Virus record (IMG/VR): IMGVR_UViG_3300047557_004483
Coordinates: 1 to 64,000 of that record
Source: a virus
Lineage: Duplodnaviria; Heunggongvirae; Uroviricota; Caudoviricetes
Length of the DNA: 64,000 nt
Direction: 5' to 3' (one strand)
The translations under genes and the position numbers were made by a program. Position 1 is the stretch's first letter; each line of letters begins with the position of its first letter. The notes under the pieces were generated by a model, which was not told where the DNA came from, ran no database searches, and saw only the letters and a program-made list of their open reading frames with translations. Shown here piece by piece: positions 43,832 to 54,953 of this stretch.

Positions 43832-43859
43832 AGGGGCGTTAAAAAACGTCCCTTTTTTT
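43832..43859 (+). terminator. Rho-independent terminator GGGGCGTT-aaaa-AACGTCCC + TTTTTTT
   Basis: Hairpin plus a 7-T run after the small ORF. Confidence 0.6.
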
Positions 43860-43872
43860 GTATTTATAACAT

Positions 43873-44907
43873 ATGTCAACTTGGAAAGATTATATTGAAG
43901 AATTCAACTCAGGAGATACAGACTTTTTAGGAAACTTTGGAGATGATATTGGTCTGTTCGTAGATTTAATAACTCAGAAAGGATTACTTAAATACTTGAA
44001 CGTTAATGCAAGTATGGAACCTGAAGTTGAGAATAAAGTTGTGTTGGCCTTTTATGAACATCACATGCCAAGTTATATAGAATTTTTACAAGAGAATTTG
44101 AGTGATGTAGAATTTGAAAATGGAGTGTTTTATTTTGTCGGTGACCCTTCAGATTTATCTACTCTTTTTGATGAAGGTAGAAATACCTTGCAGAAAAAAA
44201 CTGTAGAAAAAATTTTGAGTGGTGAAGGTTTAGACTTTGAATTTTTTGACTACACAACAGACAACGTTTATTCCGACGTTGTTGAAGAATTGAATATTGT
44301 AAATTTGCAATCCTTATATGAAGCCGTTCTTTACTTTTCCAAAGACGTTCAAATAGAACCAAGTACAGAACTTTTAGAATTGATTGCTGAAGAACAAGGT
44401 CACCCTGATTTTGTAATCATAGACAAAAACAATGTTGAAAGAATTGTCGATGACAGAGAAACTTTCGAATCACTTCTTAATGATGAATTATCTGATTTGA
44501 AGGGTAATCTCATAAACCTTCATCATTGGGCTTACAATTCAGCATATGAAGAAGAAGTTTACGAGGAAGTTTGGAATCAGCTTGATAAGTTTTTTGTCAC
44601 TGACCAAAAGAAATGGGTTTCAGTACCAATGTATACAGGACCTGCTGGTTCACAAAAGATTGCAAGTACTATAGAAAGAATGAAATTACCAATAAGAAAT
44701 TTACCCGAAATAATAAATGATTATCTAAGATGGAATGTGGAAGCTACATATCCAGAATCAGTTAGGTATTATGGTAACTACTCAGCAATATTGACATGGG
44801 TTCTCGACGAAAACCGTGATTATTCAAAGGTATATCCCCCTGATTTTCCTGATAGTTCTAAAGTTGATAAAAACATCAACGAAATGTTCAACGATTATAT
44901 ATACTAA
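43873..44907 (+). CDS. hypothetical protein
   Basis: Clean ORF converging on the fibre genes. Confidence 0.55.
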   Translation: MSTWKDYIEEFNSGDTDFLGNFGDDIGLFVDLITQKGLLKYLNVNASMEPEVENKVVLAFYEHHMPSYIEFLQENLSDVEFENGVFYFVGDPSDLSTLFDEGRNTLQKKTVEKILSGEGLDFEFFDYTTDNVYSDVVEELNIVNLQSLYEAVLYFSKDVQIEPSTELLELIAEEQGHPDFVIIDKNNVERIVDDRETFESLLNDELSDLKGNLINLHHWAYNSAYEEEVYEEVWNQLDKFFVTDQKKWVSVPMYTGPAGSQKIASTIERMKLPIRNLPEIINDYLRWNVEATYPESVRYYGNYSAILTWVLDENRDYSKVYPPDFPDSSKVDKNINEMFNDYIY

Positions 44908-46991
44908 CCATTAAGTTTGTCTTCTATCTTTTTTAACTTATCCTCTACCTGAGTCAATAATCTATATTGTTCTTTAATTGCTTGAGTGCAAATTGCAACA
45001 ATCTCAGAGTATTTTACTTTATATCCATTTTTTTCGTCACCATATACAACCTGTGGTAAAACCTCTTGAAGTTCTTGTGCAATGAAACCTATATCATCAT
45101 CGTCTTTCTTGTGAATATGATATTTTTCTGGGTTCTTCCACTTAAATCTAACACCCCTCAATTTTTGGATTATACTAACAGCATCCTCTATTACTTTGAT
45201 ATTTTTCTTCATCCTTGAATCAGACGGTGGTCCGATTGCACCTGTTCTACCTGTCTGTCCAATATTACCTTGAGCACCTTGAGCTCCTTGTGGACCAGGT
45301 CCTCCACTTTGTCCTTGAGCTCCTTGGGCACCTGTTGCTCCTTGTGCACCTTGAGGACCCGCGGGATTACCCGCAAGGTTATTACCTTGGTCACCAAAAT
45401 TTCCTTGAGCACCCTGAGTACCTGGTGGGCCAGGAGTTGGTTGACCTTGAGCACCTTGAAATCCTTGACCACCAACAGGTCCTTGAGCACCTTGAGCACC
45501 GGGGGGACCTGTATTCCCTTGTGGTCCAGGTGCTCCTATAGGACCTGGTGCACCTGGCGGACTAAGTCCTGGTGCTCCTTGAGCCCCTTGAGCACCTTTC
45601 GAACCCTGACTTCCTGCGACTCCAGGAGTTCCTTGTGCACCTTGTGGTCCTTGTGGTCCGAGAGCTCCAGGATTACCTGTAGGTCCTTGAGCACCTTGTG
45701 CTCCTTGCCCTCCTTGAGCTCCTTGAGGTCCCTGAGCTCCTTGAGCTCCCTGAGCACCCTGAGCACCCTGAGGTCCTAAAGCACCTTGTGCACCTTGACC
45801 ACCCCGTGGGCCTTGAGGACCCGCAGTCAAAGATTGAGCTCCTTGAGCACCTTGACCTCCTTGAGCACCAACAGCTCCTTGTGCTCCCTGCGCTCCCTGA
45901 GCTCCCTGTCCTCCTTGAGCACCTTGAGCGCCTTGACCTCCTTGAGCACCTTGACCTCCTTGAGCACCTTGGCCTCCTTGAGCACCTTGACCTCCTTGAG
46001 GACCAACAGCTCCCTGCGCTCCTTGTATTCCTTGAGCACCTTGACCACCTTGAGCTCCTTGAGCACCTTGACCTCCTTGAGCACCTTGTATTCCTTGAGC
46101 ACCTTGACCTCCTTGAGCGCCTTGAGCACCTTGACCTCCTTGAGCACCTTGAGCACCTTGACCTCCCTGAGCACCTTGAGCACCCTGTCCTCCTTGAGCA
46201 CCCTGTCCTCCTTGAGCACCCTGTCCTCCCTGTGCTCCAATGTTTGCCCCTGGGGCACCTGTATTTCCTTGAGCACCTTGAGCTCCTTGAGCACCTTGAG
46301 CTCCTGTTGCTCCTTGAGCACCTTGAGCACCCTGTCCTCCTTGAGCACCCTGTCCTCCTTGGGCACCTTGTCCTCCTTGGGCACCAACGTTACCCACAGC
46401 ACCCTGAGCACCTTGACCTCCCTGAGCACCTTGAGCACCCTGTCCTCCTTGAGCACCCTGTCCTCCTTGAGCACCCTGTCCTCCTTGAGCACCCTGTCCT
46501 CCTTGAGCACCTTGAGCTCCTGTTGCTCCTTGAGCACCTTGTCCTCCTTGAGCACCTTGTCCTCCTTGAGCACCAACGTTACCCGCAACACCCTGAGCAC
46601 CTTGACCTCCCTGAGCACCTTGAGCACCTTGTGCACCTTGAGCACCTTGACCTCCCTGAGCACCTTGAGCACCTTGTGCTCCTTGGGGCCCTTGTGTACC
46701 TGAAGAACCTTTTGCACCTTGAGCTCCTTGGGGTCCTTGTGGTTGTCTGTTACCCTGCCATGCCGTCGTATTAATCAAAGTTCCAGCATCATTAATAAGA
46801 GTATTGGTTAATCGTAAATCTGCATTTGTAACTCTGAAATTAGGATAAGTATTATCCAAGGACAGATAAGTAGTAACCCCTCTTCTAAATTGTAAACTAG
46901 CTGAGGTTACAACCAAATCAGTTTGGGTCGTTGCAGAGTCATAAAAGGAAATCGTCCCCGTACCAGGCGTTATCTTAATATCTTCAGGCAA
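44904..46991 (-). CDS. collagen-like (GAQGGQ triplet) tail-fibre/host-attachment protein with C-terminal Peptidase_S74 intramolecular-chaperone domain
   Basis: About 450 aa of Gly-X-Y repeats. C-terminus [46 protein letters not shown] matches the endosialidase/tail-spike CIMCD Ser-Lys dyad region. Confidence 0.8.
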   Translation of the reverse strand: MPEDIKITPGTGTISFYDSATTQTDLVVTSASLQFRRGVTTYLSLDNTYPNFRVTNADLRLTNTLINDAGTLINTTAWQGNRQPQGPQGAQGAKGSSGTQGPQGAQGAQGAQGGQGAQGAQGAQGAQGGQGAQGVAGNVGAQGGQGAQGGQGAQGATGAQGAQGGQGAQGGQGAQGGQGAQGGQGAQGAQGGQGAQGAVGNVGAQGGQGAQGGQGAQGGQGAQGAQGATGAQGAQGAQGAQGNTGAPGANIGAQGGQGAQGGQGAQGGQGAQGAQGGQGAQGAQGGQGAQGAQGGQGAQGIQGAQGGQGAQGAQGGQGAQGIQGAQGAVGPQGGQGAQGGQGAQGGQGAQGGQGAQGAQGGQGAQGAQGAQGAVGAQGGQGAQGAQSLTAGPQGPRGGQGAQGALGPQGAQGAQGAQGAQGPQGAQGGQGAQGAQGPTGNPGALGPQGPQGAQGTPGVAGSQGSKGAQGAQGAPGLSPPGAPGPIGAPGPQGNTGPPGAQGAQGPVGGQGFQGAQGQPTPGPPGTQGAQGNFGDQGNNLAGNPAGPQGAQGATGAQGAQGQSGGPGPQGAQGAQGNIGQTGRTGAIGPPSDSRMKKNIKVIEDAVSIIQKLRGVRFKWKNPEKYHIHKKDDDDIGFIAQELQEVLPQVVYGDEKNGYKVKYSEIVAICTQAIKEQYRLLTQVEDKLKKIEDKLNG

Positions 46992-49161
46992 TCAATTTTG
47001 TTTTTAAATATTTTATTTTTTCATAAATAGAATTTATCCTTTTTTGTTGTTCTTGAATTGAACCGATACAAAGAGCAACAATTAAACCATATTCCAATCT
47101 TTTATATCCATCGTCCTCCGTCCACACAACTTGTGGTAATACCATTTCTACCTCCTGAGCAATATATCCAACAGAATCTTTTTCATAATAGTGTTCTTGA
47201 GCTGGGTTGAGATAGTTTTGAACTTTATCATTTTTTTCATCCCAAGTAAAGTAAACACTTTGAAGTTTCAAAATTGTATCAATACTGTTTTTCAAAGTCT
47301 GAACTTTTGACTTCAATCTTCTATCTGAAGTAGGTCCAGTTGGTCCTTGCGGTCCTTGAGAACCTTGAACCCCTTGAGCACCTTGAGCTCCCTGTGGTCC
47401 CTGTGGACCAGCACCTGCAGTTGCAGGTGCACCAACACTACCTTGAGCTCCTTGTGCACCTTGAGCCCCTTGCGGGGCACTTAACCCTTGGGTTCCTTGA
47501 GCACCTTGAGCACCCTGAGGTCCTCGAGGTCCAGTTGGAGAGGCACCCTGAGCACCTTGTGCACCCTGAACCGTACCTTGCGGTCCAGCAGCTCCCGAGT
47601 TACCTGTCACACCTTGAGCTCCTTGTGGACCTTGTGGACCTTGGGCACCTTGAACACCTTGAACACCTTGTGGTCCCTGAGCACCTTGCCCACCTTGGGC
47701 ACCTTGGGCACCTTGGGCACCTTGTGTAGTATTTGTAGTTCCTGGTGCGCCAGGATTACCGACCACAGCACTTGCACTTCCTTGGGCTCCTTGAGGTCCT
47801 TTCGCACCTTGCGCTCCTGTGTTAGCACCTGACGCACCTGTGTTACCTGTCCCTCCAGGGACACCTTGAGCTCCGGTCGCACCCACGGGTCCTTGAAGTC
47901 CTTGAGCTCCTTGGTTTCCTTGGAATCCTTGTGGTCCTTGTGGTCCAGGTGCTCCAGGCGTTGTGTTGGCAGCACCTTGAGCACCTTGTCCTCCTTGCGC
48001 CCCTTGAGCACCCTGAGCACCTGTATTTGCACCCTGAGCTCCTTGAGCACCTGTCGCTCCTTGCACCCCTTGAGCACCCTGAGCACCTGTATTTGCACCC
48101 TGAGCTCCTTGAGCACCTTGAGCTCCTTGTTGTCCAACTGCGCCGGTATTTAGACCCTGAGCTCCCTGAGCGCCTGTTGCTCCTTGTATCCCTAATGCAC
48201 CCTGAGCACCTGTATTTGCCCCTTGAGCACCTTGTGCACCTTGTCCTCCCTGAGCACCTTGTGCACCTTGTCCACCCTGAGCTCCTGTATTCGCACCTTG
48301 AGCACCTTGTGCACCTTGTGCACCTTGTGCACCTTGTACACCTTGTGCACCTGTATTTACACCTTGAGCTCCTTGAGCCCCTGTTGCTCCTTGAGCTCCT
48401 TGTCCACCCTGAGCACCTGTATTTGCCCCTTGAGCACCTTGTGCACCTTGTCCTCCCTGAGCGCCTTGTGCTCCCTGAGCACCTGTATTTGCTCCCTGAG
48501 CTCCCTGAGCACCTTGTCCTCCCTGAGTGCCTTGTGCTCCCTGAGCACCTGTATTTGCTCCCTGAGCACCTTGAGCTCCTTGAGCACCTTGAGCTCCTTG
48601 AGCACCTTGAGCTCCTGTGTTTGCTCCCTGAGCACCTTGAGCTCCCTGAGCACCTTGTCCTCCCTGAGCACCTTGAGCACCTGTATTTGCTCCCTGAGCA
48701 CCTTGTCCTCCCTGAGCACCTTGTCCTCCCTGAGCACCTTGAGCTCCTGTGTTTGCTCCCTGAGCACCTTGTGCTCCTTGCACACCAATACTTCCTTGAG
48801 CACCTTGGGCTCCCTGCACACCAATACTTCCTTGAGCACCTTGAGGTCCTTGTGACCCCTGAGCACCTTGAGCTCCTTGTCCTCCTTGGAACCCAATAAT
48901 ATTTGTTGTTGGTCCTACCCAAATGGCAGAACTATTAACAAATAAAGTATTTCCAACATACAATCCACCTGAATTTAGGCTAGCCCCTGATGATAATATA
49001 TTTTGTGGCCCTATTTGAAATCCCGTGGAAACTGTTGAAGATGAGAGTTGTAAAAACAAATTTTCAACATTCAACTGTAACTTGTTTGTACCATCATCGA
49101 ATATGATGAATGGTTTCAGAACTGAAGCATTACCTTGAGGATATATTATTATATTAGCCAT
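46984..49161 (-). CDS. collagen-like fibre protein with C-terminal S74 chaperone domain (paralog 2)
   Basis: GAQG(A/G)QG repeats with recurrent GANTGAQG interruptions. C-terminus [47 protein letters not shown]. Confidence 0.8.
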   Translation of the reverse strand: MANIIIYPQGNASVLKPFIIFDDGTNKLQLNVENLFLQLSSSTVSTGFQIGPQNILSSGASLNSGGLYVGNTLFVNSSAIWVGPTTNIIGFQGGQGAQGAQGSQGPQGAQGSIGVQGAQGAQGSIGVQGAQGAQGANTGAQGAQGGQGAQGGQGAQGANTGAQGAQGGQGAQGAQGAQGANTGAQGAQGAQGAQGAQGAQGANTGAQGAQGTQGGQGAQGAQGANTGAQGAQGAQGGQGAQGAQGANTGAQGGQGAQGATGAQGAQGVNTGAQGVQGAQGAQGAQGAQGANTGAQGGQGAQGAQGGQGAQGAQGANTGAQGALGIQGATGAQGAQGLNTGAVGQQGAQGAQGAQGANTGAQGAQGVQGATGAQGAQGANTGAQGAQGAQGGQGAQGAANTTPGAPGPQGPQGFQGNQGAQGLQGPVGATGAQGVPGGTGNTGASGANTGAQGAKGPQGAQGSASAVVGNPGAPGTTNTTQGAQGAQGAQGGQGAQGPQGVQGVQGAQGPQGPQGAQGVTGNSGAAGPQGTVQGAQGAQGASPTGPRGPQGAQGAQGTQGLSAPQGAQGAQGAQGSVGAPATAGAGPQGPQGAQGAQGVQGSQGPQGPTGPTSDRRLKSKVQTLKNSIDTILKLQSVYFTWDEKNDKVQNYLNPAQEHYYEKDSVGYIAQEVEMVLPQVVWTEDDGYKRLEYGLIVALCIGSIQEQQKRINSIYEKIKYLKTKLIA

Positions 49162-51286
49162 TTATTTTACTTTCTAATTCTTTTACTTCGATAAGAAGTT
49201 TTTCTATTTCTCTTTGATGCTCTTTTATCGCTTCAACCACAACCGCGTTCAATTTGGTGTATTCCACGTAATAATATCCAGACTTATTGACACCAACGGC
49301 CTCAGGGAAATATTTCTTAAGGTCTTGGGCTATCAATCCGATAGACTGTAGTTTACCTACCTGAGAAAGATAATCATATTTGTTAGGGTCTATTTTATCA
49401 TTCCATTCAAATTGAATTACTTTCAGTTTATTAATACTCTCTAACACATTTTCAAGGTTAGATACTTTCTTTTTCAATCTTTTATCTGAGAAACCTGGTG
49501 GACCTGGGAAACCAGGGTCCCCTTTAGCACCTTGAGCCCCTTGAGCACCCGTATTTCCTGTCGGTCCTCCACTTGCAGGACCTTGAGCTCCTTGTGCACC
49601 TTGAGCTCCGGTGTCCCCTTGAGCACCAAATTTTGCACCTGTAGCACCTTGAGCACCTTGTGCACCTTGAAACCCTGTTGGTCCTTGAGGTCCGAGAGTT
49701 CCTGGAGCACCTTGAGCCCCATTGGGTCCGAATGCACCTGGTCCTCCTTGAAAACCTATATTGCCTGGCGCACCTGGCCTTCCGACGAATCCTTGTGCTC
49801 CTTGTAGTCCTTGTATTCCTGTAGCACCTTGAGCCCCTTGAGCACCTTGACCTCCTTGGGCCCCTTGAGCACCTGTAGGACCATTAGGTCCAGGTGGACC
49901 TTGGACTCCTTGTGCTCCTGCAGCTCCCTGAGCACCTTGTGGACCTTGTTGTCCCTGAGCACCTTGCGGTCCCAAAGGGCCTTGAGCACCTTGTGGACCT
50001 GTGGGTCCTGCGGCTCCTTGGAAATTTTGAGGTCCTTTCGCACCTTGAGCACCTTGTGAACCTTGAGCACCTTGAATACCCGGAGGTCCAATAGGTCCTA
50101 TAGGTCCTTGAGCACCTTGAGCACCTTGAGCACCTTGAGCACCTTGTCCACCTTGAGCACCTTGTGGACCTTTGGAACCCTGAGCTCCCTGAGCTCCTTG
50201 TGCTCCCTGAGCTCCTTGTGCTCCTTGTGGACCTTTGGAACCCTGAGCTCCCTGAGCACCTTGTGGCCCTTGAGCTCCTTGTGGTCCTGATGGTCCTTTG
50301 GCCCCTTGAGCCCCTTGAGCTCCTTGACCTCCTTGAGCTCCTTGTGGACCCCGTGGACCTTGAGCACCCACAGAACCCTGTGCACCTGTACTTCCCACAG
50401 CACCTTGAGCTCCTTGAGGTCCCCGTGGACCTTGAGCACCTTGACCACCTTGAGCACCCTGCCCTCCTTGAGCTCCTTGTGGACCTCTTGGTCCTTGAGC
50501 ACCTTGTCCTCCTTGAGCTCCTTGCGGACCTTGAGCTCCTTGAGGTCCCCGTGGACCTTGAGCACCTTGAGCACCTTGGCCACCTTGAGCACCTTGAGCT
50601 CCTTGTGGACCTCTTGGTCCTTGAGCACCTTGTCCACCTTGAGCTCCTTGTCCACCTTGGGCTCCTTGAGGTCCGGCAAAACCTATATTCCCTTGAGCAC
50701 CTTGCCCACCTTGAGCACCTTGAGCACCTTGTGGCCCTTTCGAACCCTGTGCACCCTGAGCTCCCTGAGCACCCTGACCTCCTTGAGCACCTTGTGGCCC
50801 TTTCGAACCCTGTGCACCCTGAGCTCCCTGAGCACCCTGACCTCCTTGAGCACCTTGTGGCCCTTTCGAACCCTGTGCACCTTGAGCACCTTGTCCTCCC
50901 TGAGCACCTTGAGCGCCTTGTCCTCCCTGAGCACCTTGAGCACCGATATTTCCTATAAATCCCACATTTCCTGGCGCACCTTGAGCCCCTTGTCCTCCCG
51001 CAATATTTGTGGTTGGTCCGACCCAATTCAAAGTATTATTTAATATCTGTATTCCACCAACACTCATGAAATTTCTAATATTCAAAGTGTATCCTGAAAT
51101 ATTAGTGTTCGAAGGATTAACTGATAATATATTACTTTGAGTTGCAGAACTAAAAGTCACTACAGCACCCGATAAAACTTTCAATGAAATGGGTACATCA
51201 CCGACATTATTTATAAAGTCGATAAAAGGAATTCTGTCAGGTTGTTGAACCAACCGACTCGGAACTATTTTAATGTTTAGACCCAT
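49154..51286 (-). CDS. collagen-like fibre protein with C-terminal S74 chaperone domain (paralog 3)
   Basis: [19 protein letters not shown] triplets. C-terminus [48 protein letters not shown]. Confidence 0.8.
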   Translation of the reverse strand: MGLNIKIVPSRLVQQPDRIPFIDFINNVGDVPISLKVLSGAVVTFSSATQSNILSVNPSNTNISGYTLNIRNFMSVGGIQILNNTLNWVGPTTNIAGGQGAQGAPGNVGFIGNIGAQGAQGGQGAQGAQGGQGAQGAQGSKGPQGAQGGQGAQGAQGAQGSKGPQGAQGGQGAQGAQGAQGSKGPQGAQGAQGGQGAQGNIGFAGPQGAQGGQGAQGGQGAQGPRGPQGAQGAQGGQGAQGAQGPRGPQGAQGPQGAQGGQGAQGPRGPQGAQGGQGAQGGQGAQGPRGPQGAQGAVGSTGAQGSVGAQGPRGPQGAQGGQGAQGAQGAKGPSGPQGAQGPQGAQGAQGSKGPQGAQGAQGAQGAQGAQGSKGPQGAQGGQGAQGAQGAQGAQGPIGPIGPPGIQGAQGSQGAQGAKGPQNFQGAAGPTGPQGAQGPLGPQGAQGQQGPQGAQGAAGAQGVQGPPGPNGPTGAQGAQGGQGAQGAQGATGIQGLQGAQGFVGRPGAPGNIGFQGGPGAFGPNGAQGAPGTLGPQGPTGFQGAQGAQGATGAKFGAQGDTGAQGAQGAQGPASGGPTGNTGAQGAQGAKGDPGFPGPPGFSDKRLKKKVSNLENVLESINKLKVIQFEWNDKIDPNKYDYLSQVGKLQSIGLIAQDLKKYFPEAVGVNKSGYYYVEYTKLNAVVVEAIKEHQREIEKLLIEVKELESKING

Positions 51287-51408
51287 CTGATAATACTATA
51301 CGATAAATACCTTACAATAAAACTTTATATAGTAATTAAACTATCATTCATATTGTTACAAAAAATAGTTATACTTCCACTCACAATAAATAAATAAAAT
51401 ACTCATTT

Positions 51409-52071
51409 ATGAACTTATCAGGTAAGACAAACCTAAACCTTTATGTAAACTTTTTATTAGAAAGTTTACCATCGAATGTTGAAAGTTTTTTTGAAGTGTG
51501 TGATTGTAACAATTTTGTGGTGGTCAAAGGTGAAACCTCTCATACTGAAGTACTGAACTTAATAGACTTGAATAAAAAATTCGAAGAAAAATATCCTGAA
51601 ACTAAATTGAAAGGAACCATAGATTTGATAAAATATAATGTAGTATTTGAACCGAAAAAAACCTATGAATTTATTTTTTATAACACACCGAATCTGAAGT
51701 TAAGTGCCGATAGTAATAATTCTTTATTTACATTATCTGAATTTCCATGGGGTTCGTCTTGGAATCAAGGGAAACTATTATATTTTTATTTCAAATTTAT
51801 AACTTATAAAATACCGTCAACCTATGTGTTCGATTGGCTAAAATATAAAGTAGAGGTTAGTTCGGATAATCAAATTGATTTCACGATAGAAGATAACTTT
51901 GTTAATAATCACAACGATGTTTTGAAATCTGCAATCTTGGATTGTTTCGATTTCAATTTGTATGATTTTGAAACTCACGCAAGAAAAATGGATTTAGAAA
52001 ATTTAATTCTAAACCCATTCAATAAAGAAGATATTTCAGATATCTCTGTAAAAGATTTTATAATCGTTTAA
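51409..52071 (+). CDS. hypothetical protein
   Basis: ORF only. Confidence 0.5.
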   Translation: MNLSGKTNLNLYVNFLLESLPSNVESFFEVCDCNNFVVVKGETSHTEVLNLIDLNKKFEEKYPETKLKGTIDLIKYNVVFEPKKTYEFIFYNTPNLKLSADSNNSLFTLSEFPWGSSWNQGKLLYFYFKFITYKIPSTYVFDWLKYKVEVSSDNQIDFTIEDNFVNNHNDVLKSAILDCFDFNLYDFETHARKMDLENLILNPFNKEDISDISVKDFIIV

Positions 52072-52364
52072 CCTAACAATTTTTTTCGATGTCCTTGAAT
52101 GATTTTCATGGCTTCTTTAAGTTCATTATAATCCCTCTCAGGTGCATATAGGAAACTTTCATATTTGTCTCCTTCACTTTCAATCAGAAGCAGAGCCGGA
52201 ATGTATTCATTTTCCGTAATTTCAACGTAAGTTTCGTATTCCTCATCGTACTCTTCAATGTCTCTATCGTGGAATTCTACATTTTCTTCCTGTAACATTT
52301 TTTTAAAATCATCACAGAAAGGACATCCTTTCATTGTATAAACAACTACCGTTAGTTCTTTCAT
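52068..52364 (-). CDS. glutaredoxin-like protein (CPFC)
   Basis: VVVYTMKGCPFCDDFKKML is a glutaredoxin/NrdH-type active site. Confidence 0.6.
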   Translation of the reverse strand: MKELTVVVYTMKGCPFCDDFKKMLQEENVEFHDRDIEEYDEEYETYVEITENEYIPALLLIESEGDKYESFLYAPERDYNELKEAMKIIQGHRKKLLG

Positions 52365-52365
52365 T

Positions 52366-52683
52366 TTAATTCAATAAACTAATTAATTCCGGTGCAGACA
52401 TTACACCAGTCTTAGAATGGTATTCTTTACCATTCTTATAAAATTTTACTGTCGGTACACTTCTTATACCTAATTCATTCATTGCAAATTCTCTATCTTG
52501 GTCGATATCGAACTTATAGAAAGCGTAGTCAGAATTTTTACTTTCAGTAAGCATGGTTGAAGCTTTCTCCATATTATTCAACATTACTTTACAAGGTCCA
52601 CACCAAGTGGCGTATAAATCCAAAACAAAGTTTTCATTTGAGTTCATTTTTTCTTTGAGTTGTTCTGATGTTAATTGTGTCAT
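52366..52683 (-). CDS. trxA: thioredoxin
   Basis: LDLYATWCGPCKVM (the WCGPC active site); 105 aa. Confidence 0.8.
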   Translation of the reverse strand: MTQLTSEQLKEKMNSNENFVLDLYATWCGPCKVMLNNMEKASTMLTESKNSDYAFYKFDIDQDREFAMNELGIRSVPTVKFYKNGKEYHSKTGVMSAPELISLLN

Positions 52684-52684
52684 A

Positions 52685-53005
52685 TTATTTATTTATAAAT
52701 TTTAAGAAAATTATTATTTCGTTGATTTGGTTTGGTAAATGATAAATAGTTAATTCATATTTGGAAATACCTTCATTAGTTAAATGTTTTTTCACATAGA
52801 CATAAAAGCCAATACTACTTGAAAATAATTTACATTTATAATCTATTTTATTTTGAACAAACTCAGATTCGCAGTAAACTAACTTCAGGTTAGGATTTTT
52901 ATTCAATTTATCGACCTGAAAAGTTTCGAGTAAAAGTTGATTATCTAAGACTGAGAATATTAAATCTTCAGTCTCTATTTTTTTTATAAATTCTATTTTA
53001 TTCAT
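52685..53005 (-). CDS. hypothetical protein
   Basis: ORF only. Confidence 0.4.
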   Translation of the reverse strand: MNKIEFIKKIETEDLIFSVLDNQLLLETFQVDKLNKNPNLKLVYCESEFVQNKIDYKCKLFSSSIGFYVYVKKHLTNEGISKYELTIYHLPNQINEIIIFLKFINK

Positions 53006-54614
53006 AATACGATGTTATATCTACCGAACTCCACTTAAGGTAACCCTCTTCATCCCAATAAGTATCAGAACAAAGTTTCTTACCATTCTGAAATTTTTTT
53101 TCTATTTTGACAGGTTCAAAATTATCCTTACCTAAGGATTTAGCGAATCTTAACAACAATTTCTGAATAGCTGGTTCCCATAGTTGAGATAAAGATTGAT
53201 TGTATTTCCCCAATGCCTGTTTAACCCTGAAGTATGGTACATCCGTACCGAACTTAGTAAGATAAAATTCAATTGTAGCCCTATCATTTGAATTTTTATC
53301 ATCCCTTCTAAGTGAAACAATGTATGAGCTCGGATTACCTATGTATGTTTTTACACAATTACTTTGAACCGTACTTTCACTTACATATTCATCAGTATCC
53401 TTGATAAGGATTGGATAAAATAAATCATCTTCAGTAACTATTGGCATTTCGATTAAATCGGTGAAGTTTTTTGGGTAAATTCTAACATAAAAACCTTTTT
53501 TATGATATTCTACTTTTGAGGCCAATTTCGAATGTTCCTCGTTAAACTCGTGGATATTAGTTGCTTTCCAACTTATATCATTCTCACCTATCAACTTCAA
53601 CTCTTTTATCATCCTAAGGTGGTCCATGAATGTAGAAACACCGAACATGGATATTTTAAGAACATATTCCCTCAAAAAGTTGAACGCTCTCCTTTTTTCA
53701 GATTGTGTTAAAAAATCAATATTTGTAATCCTTGTTTCGAACATATCTGAATAATAAAGTTTACTATTCAAACAATATAGTAATAACTCATAATCTTGAT
53801 TGACCCAATCTTGCCCAAACAATCCCGATACTAGTTTTAGGATTCTCAAATTGACGTTTTCACAATTATGGAGCGCTTTTTTTATTACCCTTCCGAATAA
53901 TTGATTTTTTTCCATGAAAGCATCAATAAACTTCCCTTTGAATTTCCTTATTTCTTTTAATTTTAGTAAGTTATCTTTTTCTCTTATGAAATACCAAATG
54001 TTATCAGGATATTTTATTCCTTTCTTGTTTGCATAATATTTCAATAATTGAACATTAATGTTGAAATTAGGTGTGTCAACATAATCAATATTTAGTTCCT
54101 TAAAGAAAACATATACTATTTGTTGGTACAATTCTTGATTTTTTGACATAGTCTCAGGATTCGAATTACTTTTGAGACATGAGTAAATTGACAAAAAATC
54201 ATCATTAGAAAAATTATTTTTACTGAATGTTTTTTTAACTTTTCTTTTTTTGTGGTAGTTTACAAGTCTTCCTGTATATAAATCACCAGTCTTCTTGGAC
54301 ATAGTTATAAACTGACAGAGTGTTGATTTACGAAAGTAATTGGTGAAAGACCTTCTATATCTGCTTCCACTGAAAAGTTTAAGGGAGACCTTATTTTCAT
54401 CTGAAGTAATAACTACAAGTTGGTAGTTGTGATGTAACTCACTTAGTGGATTTCCGTAGTTATCAACGAAATCTTTCTCAGTGATTTTAGTTCCAATGAT
54501 TTTGGAAACAAGTCTATTTTTTTTTCGGAATGGTAGTTCAGAACCTAAGTTGGAGTGGTCTTGATAAATTATTGTAGAATAGTTGTCGTTTTTGAATTTG
54601 AAAAGTTCTTTCAT
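52998..54614 (-). CDS. large hypothetical protein
   Basis: 538-aa ORF with no recognised motif. Confidence 0.5.
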   Translation of the reverse strand: MKELFKFKNDNYSTIIYQDHSNLGSELPFRKKNRLVSKIIGTKITEKDFVDNYGNPLSELHHNYQLVVITSDENKVSLKLFSGSRYRRSFTNYFRKSTLCQFITMSKKTGDLYTGRLVNYHKKRKVKKTFSKNNFSNDDFLSIYSCLKSNSNPETMSKNQELYQQIVYVFFKELNIDYVDTPNFNINVQLLKYYANKKGIKYPDNIWYFIREKDNLLKLKEIRKFKGKFIDAFMEKNQLFGRVIKKALHNCENVNLRILKLVSGLFGQDWVNQDYELLLYCLNSKLYYSDMFETRITNIDFLTQSEKRRAFNFLREYVLKISMFGVSTFMDHLRMIKELKLIGENDISWKATNIHEFNEEHSKLASKVEYHKKGFYVRIYPKNFTDLIEMPIVTEDDLFYPILIKDTDEYVSESTVQSNCVKTYIGNPSSYIVSLRRDDKNSNDRATIEFYLTKFGTDVPYFRVKQALGKYNQSLSQLWEPAIQKLLLRFAKSLGKDNFEPVKIEKKFQNGKKLCSDTYWDEEGYLKWSSVDITSYYE

Positions 54615-54657
54615 TTTACAAATATAACAACTTTTCGGGAATCGATAAAGTTTTTAA

Positions 54658-54942
54658 TTAATTCAAACAGAATTCCCCATACTTAGTTCTGTATATAGGT
54701 CCACTGATATGTGTAATTTCAAATGGTTTTTCATTTGTATTGATTTCAATGCAAATATCAATCATTTGTTTTTGTGTGATTGTAACTTCCTCTCCCTTTT
54801 CACAATTTTGCAAAGCTTTCTCACGAATTTTTGTGAAAAAGATTTCTTTCTTGTCTTGTGGGATTAGACTTTGTAAGTCTTTAGGATTTTCGTTGAAAAA
54901 TTTAATCACCCCATTCATGTAAATTTCAACATCCAAATTCAT
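54658..54942 (-). CDS. hypothetical protein
   Basis: ORF only. Confidence 0.4.
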   Translation of the reverse strand: MNLDVEIYMNGVIKFFNENPKDLQSLIPQDKKEIFFTKIREKALQNCEKGEEVTITQKQMIDICIEINTNEKPFEITHISGPIYRTKYGEFCLN

Positions 54943-54953
54943 ATTATAAGTTT

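Noticed and set aside
45209-51043. About 25 long ORFs on both strands inside the collagen-like genes (Leu/Glu/His-rich, Ser/Leu/Thr-rich, Arg/Ser/Cys-rich translations).
   Set aside because: They are alternative-frame and antisense readings of the GGN-GCN-CAR triplet repeat. Only the Gly-X-Y frame on the minus strand links to the conserved N-terminal domains and C-terminal S74 chaperone domains.
44904-51286. Possibility that the highly periodic repeat DNA is a CRISPR array or satellite.
   Set aside because: The periodicity is 9/18-nt collagen triplets within continuous ORFs, with no spacer/repeat alternation.
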